A stretch of DNA of 54,306 bases, filler included, from Bipalium vagum (Eukaryota): assembly GCA_037834085.1 (NCBI GenBank). It is 3 parts of 3 records of this genome, joined end to end, with 100 filler letters (N's around TTAATTAATTAA, not from the genome) between each part and the next. Parts side by side here need not be neighbours in the genome. Positions count along the whole stretch, not along the records: positions 1 to 16,563 come from JBBMKC010105342.1; 2 more parts are not named here. One strand, given 5' to 3'. A model generated the notes under the pieces. The model was not told the origin of the DNA. It did not search any database and saw only the letters and a list, made by a program, of their open reading frames with translations. The number at the start of each line of letters is the position of its first letter. Positions within the stretch are counted from its first letter, which is position 1. A program made the position numbers and the translations under genes. Below, one piece after another: positions 1-11,500 of the stretch.

Positions 1-140
1 AAAAAGGTCAATAATTAATAAAAGGTCAGTAATCAATGTCTAATATTCTAATTTCTCTTGAGTCTCCACAATATTATTATTATATTATTATTATTTTATT
101 TATTATTTTTTAATTATTTTCCATTAAATAATAATAATAT

Positions 141-168
141 ACATATACATATACATATACATACATAT
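141..168. repeat. (CATATA)n/(CATA)n microsatellite
   Basis: Directly visible acatatacatatacatatacatacatat. It explains the HIHIHIH run in spurious ORF 58..324. Confidence 0.8.
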
Positions 169-1199
169 ATTATTATGGAAGATAATTGGTATCAATCCAG
201 AAAACTTATTTTAATACTTATTTATTATTTGTATTATTATGTATTACAAACTGAAAAGGAGTTCATGGTAAATATTTTACTCTGTATCGAACTTGTCAAA
301 GTTGATGTAGAGAATTTCGTTTGAAGATTTATTTCCAAAAGGTTAATCAAGTCCCAAATAACATTTTTGAGGATAGAAAATACCAGTACAACGGTTATGT
401 TAATTAAACTGAATAAGAGGAGATGGTGTTTTTTGTTATATAACCAGTTTTAAACTCAATATTATTATATTATATTATTATAATAAAGGAAGTCAACTCC
501 GGCTTACAGAGCTAGAGAAGTTCTTAAACTGATAGAGTTGTACTGCACCCTTTAAGTTCCCAAAATAAGGACTACTTGATTTGAAGAGCAAAGTAAAAGA
601 TAAGAAATAATAAAATACTTATGTTATATATATCAATCAATACTTTACCACCTCAGTAAGGTTGATTTTTAATGTTTTTAAATTCTTACCTTTTGAATAA
701 ATCTAAATTACTTTTGCACTAAGTGTGGGTATTTCCTTTTTAAAATTGGTGGTTTGTAAATATCCGTGTTTGTTTTTACAAATCGATTCAAAATTTTCGT
801 TCTTTCCTTTTCAAAAAGATTTTCTGTTTATTTATGTCGTTTATTTTTTTAAATCTTCCTTCGGTATAAAAATAATAATTTCCTGTTCCTACTTTGATAC
901 ATTTTTATGATTTGAACGTCTCAATGGATTATTTGGACTGGGTTCCATATACTCATTTTATTATTAAAATTCATATTCATTACTATATTTGTTTTTTCGT
1001 ATTTTTTTTCAAAAAAATTTTTTAATATTATTTTAGATTACTTTTGCCCCTTTTTATGTTTATTATTACAAAAAAATATTTTTGATAATTAAAATTTTTA
1101 TATAAAATTAACAATTTTTCATTAGTTCTTCGTTGTTAATTATTAATTAATTATTATCGTGAGATTGCTAATTTAATCGAGTCGCGTAAAAATAACGTT

Positions 1200-2100
1200 A
1201 TACAGCCCCCGTCAAAAGTCTGAGCCTACCTTTAAAAATTGAATTGATTTCATTATTTATCCATTGGCATGACATCAATTTAGATATAGGTATTTATATA
1301 ACTCTGACCTATATCAATTTATTGTTTTTTTATTAATATTGCACAATTATCAATATTATTCTTGTCAAATAATTACATTTTTTTAAATAATGACTGAATT
1401 ATATGCTGAAAAAAAGGCTCAAATTTTGATTTTGATTAATATGATATTCGATAAAGATACATCTACCGAACACATAATCATGATGAAGCGGTTTGTAAAA
1501 TATTCGGAAGGTGATGAAGGCTGATCAAACACTTCCATTGGAAATACCATTTACTCCCCTAAATGACATTCAAAAAAGGTAGTTCGTTTACACAAATGCA
1601 TTGAATGCAATGGTGACTATTTTAATTGAATAAAATAACTTTGTACACTTGTTTCATAGTTTTTTCTATTTATCATGTAATTTGGCATTTCGTAATAAAT
1701 CTGAAATTGTCAATGTGAAAAATCATTATTGAATAAACAATTTCATTGTCCATAACTTTCTCAATCATTTACATTTGCAGAATCTTTTCCTTTGCCTCCT
1801 TGTTTTTTTTTTGGTCACTTTTGTAACCACAGTTTTACTTGACAATGGTGGTTTCCACAAACATGATATTAAATATCAAAGAAAACAAAAAGGAATTTTT
1901 CGAGAAATTTTTGCAAACAGTTGTTGCAAACAAAATTTTTACTTCAAAATCTCATCTATGCAAAATAGATCGCCTAAATGATTTCCACAATCACTCTGGT
2001 GCATATAGGATCTTTAAGACCTTTGAATCAATTGATATGTTTGATAGTACAACCAGCAATGAGGCTCATCTTAAGATTACTGAAACTTAAGAGATTATTT
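1200..2100 (+). mobile_element. Highly decayed Tc1/mariner fragments
   Basis: TA-CAGCCCCCGTCAAAAGT is a Tc1-like terminus at about 1200. MTELYAEKKAQIL near 1390 resembles a transposase start. A mariner-like C-terminus RLHKCIECNGDYF lies at about 1585-1625. Boundaries are approximate. Confidence 0.5.
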
Positions 2101-2339
2101 TTTACCTCTACTTTCTGAAAAGGCGATCTTTGATCTATTACCATAGATTCATCAATAAAAGTCAAAATTTTCGTTCTGTTAATTCTTTCTGTATTTATAG
2201 ATACAAATCATTGACAAATAATTAACTAAAATTATATTGTACACTTCGACACAAGAGCAAAGATCTCAGTAAATGCGACTTGAATTTTAGATGGGTCGTC
2301 AGTATTATTATTAGTATTTTAATGTATACATTAAATAAA

Positions 2340-3589
2340 ATGAATTATAAAACTAAAAGGTTATAAAAACTTGTTTAGTATTGGCATATTAAAATTAATT
2401 ATTGATTAGAATAAAAAATCGATATTCCATTTGGAATTTTTTATAAAACATGTGAACATTTATACACAATTCGGTGATTAGAAAGCTTCTCACTCTTTTC
2501 TTAATGGGAATTTGTATGGGAAAACTGTCGAGCACTGAAACGCGTTCTGCACAAACCGATTTGAATTCCTATTGTGATTTTGCAAATATTGACTTAACAA
2601 ATTCACACTATCAGTCTTATAGACCCATGTCAACTCATTCTCGATCCAACAATCAGAAGCCTTATGGAGATAATGTGCAAATCAAGAACTCTTTGTTAAA
2701 TGATTGGAAATATTCTCATAGATATGATTACAATTTCATTAGACATGATAACCCGGGAGAGAACTGTTCTCCAGTTCTGTCAAATATGGCCTGGCAGAAA
2801 TATTATAATGAGAAGGATAACAAAGAAATGCCTACAACGCCTAGTGGAGTGTGGCCAATTAATGGCAGTGGCGACTACAATTTGATGAATTTTAAAAAGA
2901 AGAAAACCATCAATTCTCAATCCAGAATTCAATTAAATAGAGACTTTGAGAAATCCAATGCCAATCTCAACATTGTTTTTACCGATGACGATGATAATTT
3001 GACTCAAAGAAACACGTTCTACAACGACCTCAAAGAAGAACTGGAACAGAACTGCCATTCTAAACTGCCAGATTCAATGTTGCCAGATTATGAAAGGAAA
3101 AAAATTAATAGAAAATTCAGCGCTCGTCGAAATCGCAAATCTAAGGACCTTAATAAAATGAAATCTTCGACGAAATACTCAAATCAGGATATAAAATCAG
3201 GGAACAATAATTCCATTAACTTTCCACCCGGAGTTGATGATAAGCTGAACAGCAATTCGGGTTGCAGTTCTCAAAAGTTTCATTCTTCAAATTTGTTAAC
3301 TCAAGACTTTTATCCGATACAATATACATTTTACGTGGATGATAATGATATCTGTATCAAACCATTTTATGACAGGCGAATGGTAGCTATTGCGAAAACA
3401 TGTAGATGTAGAATTTATTTCCATGCCAAAGCCGATTGCACCGAAAAGCCATTATACTACAAGGGTAAACCCGTGAGACCTGTCACTATAACATCTCCAG
3501 ATATGGTTTGTCTTAAACGGTGCTTAGGATCCATAGACTCACAGTTTCCATACTTTAATTGTAAAGCATTTTTAAGTTTAAGCAGCTAA
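2340..3589 (+). CDS. Orphan secreted protein with Asn/Ser-rich linker and C-terminal 7-Cys domain
   Basis: A 371-codon open frame in very AT-rich DNA. The ORF-track start is GTG. A proposed micro-exon 2340-2359 (ATG AAT TAT AAA ACT AAA AG|gt) splices in phase to the acceptor ttag at 2481, giving MNYKTKRKLLTLFLMGICMG, which looks like a signal peptide. An alternative in-frame ATG is at 2504. No family recognised. Confidence 0.7.
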
Positions 3590-3699
3590 CAATATTATGT
3601 AAATAGGAATTATATACTGTCCGCTCTAAATAAATTATCCTATGTTATTTTTATGCATAATGTCTAGACTACGATAAAATAATGACTAAAATCTTAAAA

Positions 3700-4200
3700 C
3701 AAATTTTAATTAATAGAATGGTAAAAAAAATTTCGATTTTTACTGATGGGCTTTAAGTCAAAAAAGGAAAATTACTTCCAGATAGATAAAAATCAAGTTT
3801 TAAAGTCGAAAAAAATCCTTGTAGGCAGTTTGAACATCACCTCAATCATTTCATTTTGATCAAATCACAGGTAGTCGGAGACGACACAAGAATTCAGTAG
3901 CTTCGATAGAATTTTATTCCGCAACCACAGTACATCCCTGATCTTAAACCTTCTGGTTATTATTTTTCAGATGTATGCAACAATTCTTAGGTGGTAAAAA
4001 ACTTTGTTTTTTGAAGATGATTTTTACCTTTCAACACTAAAAATCCACATTTCTATAAATCAGGAATAGAAAATCTTGTTTGTAAATGGAAACTTGTTAA
4101 TGAAAGCGATTGAGACTATTTTAATACATTCTTTTCTGTCATACTTTATTCAATGCCAATATTAAGAAAAATTACAGTATTCATGAAAGGACTTAATAAG
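3700..4200 (+). mobile_element. Decayed mariner transposase fragment
   Basis: About 3919-4000 reads PQPQYIPDLKPSGYYF then RCMQQFLGGKK, a degenerate PPYSPDLAPSDY motif. A GIENLVCKWKLVNESD C-terminal motif follows. Confidence 0.7.
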
Positions 4201-4429
4201 TTTTTTAAATGGAAAAAACCCAACCATTAGTATAGGCCTCTAAATAAGACATGGTTTAATATGAACAATTTAAAATTTATATTTGTTAACACAAATATCC
4301 ACTTACTTTAAGTATTAAAACGATTATAACTATTCTTTTGATTTCATAACATGAATTAAGTTTTACTGGTCATTTCTATTTCATTTTTTTATCCATGTTA
4401 CTCTTTAATATAATTATTTTTGCGATCAT

Positions 4430-5340
4430 GAAGTTATAAGAATAATGGGAAAGGAACTTATGGAATACACACGTATGCGGACGAAATACACATCGCATTA
4501 TAAGACATAACAATACAGAAAATCGTTACTGATCTGAATGGCCCTGTGAAATGGGCAGGGATGGCGGTAATCAACTCAAAAAAGTTCTGTACCCCTGCTA
4601 TCACTGATTGTGAACCTAGAACACATAAGAGACAATCGGAAGATTGTCAACATTGGAAAACATATATGATATAAATACCTCTGAATCCACAGGGAGCAAA
4701 AATCAGTCCTGCCATCATACGTATTATACAGTTGTCAACATAATTGAGGTGTTAAGAATCAACCTGATGCCATGGCAACCTTTGGGAACTCATTTTGGTA
4801 TTTATACATCTTTTTTGTTCCTGCCAATAAATTCTTCCATTTAATTGTGAGAAAACCACGTGATAAAACAAGAACTCTAACATTCAGTCTTCGAGCAAGA
4901 AATAGGGGTTGAGAAGTATGCACTCTAGTTTAACATCCGGCTGATCTCAGACATCAAAATGAGTTATAGAAGAAGAAAAATAAATCACATTTGATGTAAA
5001 ATGTCCGTTTGATACCCAGAAGAGTTTGGAGAAGAACAAGAAAAAATAAGAAATATAAGCCAATGGATGAGTCCACTTTTGGGAAAATTCAAATGCTATG
5101 TAAGAACATTTATAACCCGGAATGATGGTGGTTGGTTCAAGAAAAACAAAGGTATCTTGAAAGAAATCGCAATCAGACAAACTGGAATACCAAAATTCCC
5201 TAATATAAAGACAACCAAAAAATCTGGAAGAAATTCATGTGCAAAAAAACTCCCCAGGCCAGAACAGATATAATCTTGTTGAGCTGGTACTTCAAAACCT
5301 ATTGGTTTTATTAAAAACTGTTTTAATAAAATAAAAATTA
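4430..5340 (+). mobile_element. 3' remnant of a restriction-like-endonuclease (R2/NeSL-group) non-LTR retrotransposon
   Basis: ITFDVKCPFD at about 4984-5013, followed by a K..KY-like segment and VRTFITRNDGGWFKKN (compare V.PF.VG.LG.W...N). A degenerate Cys/His knuckle lies upstream and AATAAA at about 5325. Many stops and frameshifts. Confidence 0.55.
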
Positions 5341-5974
5341 TTATTGTTTTTTGTTTTTTGTCCGAAACATTCTCAAAATTACTCAGTACCAATAGATACA
5401 GCTACCACTCACTCAAAACCTTAATGGCAAAAGTTAAATTTTAATTTTAGATAAAGATTCAGGTTAACATTTATAATAAGTTTTTTATGACGATAATGAA
5501 AACCTCAAAAAACTTCCTGTCCAATTACTTTGTGGATAATGTATTACAATGACAAACATTCATTTAAAATTAGTACATTAACAACAAAAGTGAGTGGATG
5601 ACACTTAACCCTATCTTTGATCATCATGGAAAAGGTGAAACTTAATTATTATCTTGAAAAAATAATAAAAACACTTTAACAAATCAATAAATTATACATT
5701 CCAAGATCTAGCAACAGGTCTGCAAATAAAATCACTATCGGAACAATTATTGAGTTAGAAAGATCAATTGAATTAATTATCTGTTAAAAAATATTACAAA
5801 ATAAAAATGGTCAAAAAATCAATATAAAGTAACTAATACGTGTTTGATCTGGTGGGCTGGTTTAATGAAGAGTGTGACAAAAATTATAGAATTATAAATT
5901 TTTAAAATAATACTGTTGTAACCTAACAAATGTCAGTACATGGCTGCAGTACAACCACAAATAAAAGAAGAATC

Positions 5975-6114
5975 NNNNNNNNNNNNNNNNNNNNNNNNNN
6001 NNNNNNNNNNNNNNNNNNNNNNNNNNNNNNNNNNNNNNNNNNNNNNNNNNNNNNNNNNNNNNNNNNNNNNNNNNNNNNNNNNNNNNNNNNNNNNNNNNNN
6101 NNNNNNNNNNNNNN
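5975..6114. other. Assembly gap (140 N)
   Basis: Run of N. Confidence 0.99.
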
Positions 6115-7285
6115 TGTGAAAACATGAAATAAAGACAATAATTAACACTGGAAAAAAGAAGCGCCAATTTAACGTTGTATTATTAATATCATTGTAATTA
6201 CTAAAACGATATGAAAACAATTTCCTTTCAAATAACTCTGAATAATAAAAAATTGTCATAGGAGATTGAATGAAATACAAAAAAAAACTATTCACAGATC
6301 ACTGAAACAATGAAAAACAAACTGCTCAAAACCATTAATCGGGTATATAAATATTTATATACTGAGAAGTCGGGTAGGAGTTCTGAGCGAGCATATTCAA
6401 CTGGACAGACTTTTTCTCTGACAATTCGCTTGTGACATCATCATCAGGAGATCTGAGATAAAATTGACATGTCAATTTTGTGACACAATTCACAACTTCA
6501 GAAAATTTATGTAGACCAACACTTCTACCTCCATGTTAATAAAAAGAGAGGCGCGCTTCCAATATTTAGCCGACCGGAAATAGAATAATCGTTAAAAAAT
6601 GAGATATTTTTAATGTATTGACATAACTTGGTTAAATTTACAAAAACAAAACTATTTGTTGGAACCAGAGTGTCTCTATCATTTAAACAAAAGGTATGCT
6701 GACAAAACTAAGAAATTTTATATTCCCTATACATAAATTGTGTACAATTAATAAGCCCTTTAAAAATTGAGTGAGAGGTCAAAGATCAACTTATTTCTGT
6801 TATTGTTGAGAAAGAAACCAGGTGAAATAAATTTTATTTTCAGCCCAATAGTCGAATTGAACTACTCGAATAAAATTGAAGTGGGCCCTAGATTAAATTA
6901 TAATGGAGCAGAAAACAATATTCAATTTTTGGCTTTCACTTTCTGATCAGTGCAAATTTAAAAACAATTTGCATTTTTCATATTAATATTTTGAATATTT
7001 GAAAAGATTGTAGAACTTTTAAATTCTTATAATGTGCTACAGTATTTAAAATTAACTAAAATTAGTTTGTTTTATTTTTTTTTAATTTTATTTATTGATA
7101 TTTAAATGATATTTTGTAAAAAATTGTTCGAAAATAAAAAGGCACTTATTAATTTACTGAATAAACAGTTTTTGCTTAAATAAGGGCAAATTTTTATGCG
7201 TTTTCGAAATAACACTTATTTACCTCTCTTGACATTGCAGTAACAAATTTAATGAAACACTGTAAAACCAAACTTCCTATGTATG

Positions 7286-7522
7286 TATTGGGTTGGCAAC
7301 TAAGTTCGTGCGCTTTTTAATATGAAAATTCAGGCACCTTTTCCTGTTTTTTGCGAGTAAGTCTCCAGAGTTCTACGAACTTGGCATTATGAATTTAGTG
7401 GAAAGATGGCAGAATGTCATTCTTAATAATGGTGTAAATATCATTGATTAAAACTTTTTTTATCAATAAAAATTTATGGTTTTCATTTCTTCTTAAAAAA
7501 CGCACGAACTTAGTTGCCAATA
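7286..7522 (+). mobile_element. Internally deleted mariner (MITE-sized, about 235 bp)
   Basis: Perfect 20-bp inverted repeat ttggcaactaagttcgtgcg (7293-7312) / cgcacgaacttagttgccaa (7501-7520). The interior keeps only the transposase C-terminus GIMNLVERWQNVILNNGVNIID*. Confidence 0.85.
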
Positions 7523-8580
7523 TCTGAGTCCACGGAATGAAAACTAAAGTCATGGAAAATATGTATTTGTCTTTTCAAATTTTGAGACCATTTACACATC
7601 TTTCAGAAAGATCTTCCTGATAAGGTATCACAGTTAACACTGCTTAATATGTTTATCTTGTAACTTAAAGAAAAAGTTGAAAAATACTCAGGTTTGATTG
7701 GTCTATGACTTCATAATAACAAGGTCACAATTGAAGCTTATTGAACTGACAATTGTGAATCACAAAACCTTTAGAGAATTAAGATCAAGCAACTTTTCCA
7801 TTCTTGTGAATCCGAAACCATTCAAATTTATGTAGTGTTTAAAGAATTTTCTTAACAAGCGCCTTAAAAAATGGTAAGCGACTGCTCGCTGCTAAAAATT
7901 TGTTAACATGAATGTATATATGGCACAATATAATATAATAATCTAAGTAATTTTACTTTTTCGTCACGTTTAAATAAATTGTTTTGATATAACATTCAGT
8001 TATCAATCAATACAAATTCAACAATTAAAACTGATAAAATGTATCATTCATCTTCATTAAATGTACATTAATAAAGTAAAATTATTATGAGAAATTTTTC
8101 GAATTTCTATTTACAGATTTTTATTATTATTACTATTATTTATTATTATTAATTTATAAATTAATAATAAATATCTGCAAATCATTCAAAATGTAAATTT
8201 TTATTGATCAATGAAATATCAGGAAATATATCATCGATCAATAACATGACACTAAAAGTAAGAAATGTAAAGTCAGATATTTATTAAATTAAACATAATA
8301 AACTCGGCGTATTTAGTTTTTGCATTCAAGTATAAGCAATGAGAATCAGATATAAATATAAATAAAAATGCCGACAATAATAAATATAAATTCAATACAA
8401 ACTTTAAGTAAAAGTTTGTTGTGTCTCTTCAAATATTCATGCAATGAACAATCATGATATGTGGCCCTAAAGAGGGCTTTATTTCGTTCTCTAAATCTAA
8501 TGAAAAATTAATTTTTGTAATAATATTAAAACTTGGAAAATTGTTGGGTTATGGGAATAATAATATTGATAATAAAGGAT

Positions 8581-11500
8581 TGTAAATAATAATAATAATA
8601 ATATTTTCTTTTTGTTAAGAAAGAAAAGAGATATAGATGAAGTTTCATTTTGACTTCATCGTCGGAGCGTTAAAGGGAGATATGAGTTGGATCTCCCGTC
8701 AATTGCCGAATTAACTCAGTCGTAGGAGTAATATTTCATCTGATGGGATATGGTTTGAAATAGCTGTCTCGGATCGTAGGGATTGGTGATCGTAGCCCAA
8801 TCTCTGCGACTATATAAAGAGACAGCTATTCCCATACAGTGCCCATTAGGATATATAGACAAGAATTTACCAAATATGTAGACAAATTTTTGCCGGAGTT
8901 TAATTTAATTTTTCTGAAGACGAAGATTTTAACAAGATTTTTGCATTTTTGCAGAAGAGATTACAGTAATACTTATTACTTTTCTCCTGCGATATGGCTA
9001 TGCAACAGGATTATACAAGGGGATCCAAGGAGCTTGGGAATCCCTAGGCGACCTAAAAAGGGCTTAGTGACCCCTTGTCGCTCTGGTGAGGTTATTTAAA
9101 TGATTTTCTTAATTTTATTTTAATCGAGTATATTTAGTTTTGTTTTTATGATTAGTATTAATTTAATATTTTTTCTTTTGAATATCCTATCTTATTCTAA
9201 CATTCGCTTACATTGACTCGAGTTTTCAGACAATTGATTAGCGTTCGTTTTAGTATGGAATTGATTTAATTGTGATTTTTGGTGATATATATATGTTACT
9301 ATAATAAAGTTTTATTGTGCTTTGCTTTGACTCAATCAGAGTGCGGATAGAGTATCATCGTTGGTGTTTTGATTCAATAGATAAAGTTGTATTGTGAGGA
9401 TTTTGATTCAAGCTGATGTTAACCAAGTTACGAGCACAACTTTAGTAAAGTGAGGAGTCACTGGTAGACGAGCGCAAGTGCATTATTGAGATATAGTAGT
9501 AACAAAATTTAATTTACAAATTTTAATTGATATAAATTAAAGGTGACCTTAAAAATTTCAGGCACATAATTTATATATCAGGTAACAAACTAAGTTTTTC
9601 CGTTTTTCCAGTTGTTTAAATTTGTTAGCTCCTGGGATTCTCATTTATCTACCGATTTAAATTTTTTTGTTTTAGTTTGCTGCCTAAACATATGAGTTTC
9701 AAATTTACTGTATAATTAATGTTATTAACCATTATACTCTGAAATAGGTGCTCCAAAAGTTCGCTGGACAAATCAAAAATTCCAGCATTTTTTTATTACG
9801 AATAGAAAAATAACACAAGCACAAATGAAACTGTTTCAAAACTTAACGAGGTGCTTGGTGAAGGAACAATGCAACTGCGAACAGTGCAAAATTGGTTCAA
9901 AAAATTCAATAGTGGCGATTTTTCATTCGAAGACAAAGAGAGGTCTGGAAGGCCAAAAGAGCTGGAGGATTATCAAATTATGGATCTTCTTGAACAAAAC
10001 AGATCAATTAGTGCTAGACAAATCGCTTCTGAGTTAAATATAAGCGACACAACCATAAGAAACCGACTGAAAGCATTAAGATTCACTTGTAAGCTCGATA
10101 AATGGGTTCCCCACCATCTAGCTGAAAAAACTAGCAGTTTGATAAACCGAAAACAAGTGATTTTCTACCAGGGTAATATCAAGCCTCACAAATCAATGAA
10201 GACATTGAAGGTTATTCAGGAATTGAACTGGACTCTAATGGAACATCCGCCATATAGTCCCGATATCGCCCCATCCGATTTTTATTTGTTCCGGGTATTA
10301 CAGAATCACTTTATGGGTAAAAATTTTAAGAGTTCCGAAAATATAAAGAATGAAGTACTTTCTTTCTTTCATTCAAAAAGTCGAGATTTCTTTAATACTG
10401 GGAACAATAAGCTTCTAAATAGATGGGAGACATTAATAGAAAAAGATGGGGAATATCTGAATGATTAATTGTTTAATAATGTTTTATGATTAATAAATTA
10501 GATTTAACTTCAGTCTTAGTTTAGTTTTTAATTAAAAAACGAAAAAAATTAGTTCGTTACCTGATATTAACTGTGGGGCTTGGTCTACTCCTTGAACTAG
10601 ATGTAGAAATACGGTTTCGCAATGAGAGAAAAATTTTAGGCAATGTGAAAAGTGATAGTTACACCGGAGCTATCAATAAATGTAATGAGTTTAAAAAAGT
10701 TCAATAAATAGGAAATCTAGACATACAAAGATGTTTGAGACAGCAAACAATATTGCAATGAAATGCAATCGAGAGGCCTAAAAGTATTTTTTAAAAAATA
10801 GGGAGCTTCCATGATATCTGTAATTACTATCGAAGATTTATCGATGGTCATGTAAAAAAATCAATTGTTAGAAGAATGGTGAGGGAAAATCAATGAAAAG
10901 TTGATTTGGAGAGAATCATAGAATTTAGTTTCCAAGAGTTGAAAAAAACCTTAAAAAATCCCAGTACTTTACTTTCCAGATATTAAAAGGACGTTTAACT
11001 CAGATATTAATAACACGTTTGAAGATATTTGAGTCGTATTGAGAGAATAATTGCGACCCTATTAAAGGCAAAGAACAGTCATAAAATATGTACCACATTA
11101 TTAGGAAGAAATTATTAGAAACATCCTATTTCTGCAACCATATAGAAAAAATTTCTAGTAAGAATAGATTATAAAGGAATTGAATTCATGTTGAAGACTA
11201 AAGCTGCAACTTCAGACGTGGATGAATTATCTCAGCAGTTTGGACAAAAAGATTAAATAGCGAATAGGCATATAGCATAATAATGTGGACATTTTATCGA
11301 GAAAGTACTGCAGGACATCCTCTCGTTATATGATTGACGAAGAACCTAAGACTAAACAAAATGAGAGCCATAGATACAGAACATAAAAATATAGAATATA
11401 AACGGCAGAATATTAAAAAATTAAAATAAATCAGATTAAAGAATATATTGAAAATGAAAGTACATCTAAATTCCGTGTGGAAAGCAGTTTAGTCAAAACA

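Noticed and set aside
58-960. Short ORFs 58..324 and 725..910, and possible minus-strand exons
   Set aside because: Low-complexity or microsatellite-derived. No consistent spliced frame or recognisable motif.
5892-6295. ORFs spanning X runs
   Set aside because: Artefacts of the N gap.
6414-6452. Minus-strand hammerhead-like core (CTGATGA...CGAAT..GTC), as found in Penelope-like elements
   Set aside because: GAAA is broken, stem II does not pair and stem I is offset. At best a dead relic; an Infernal search would be needed.
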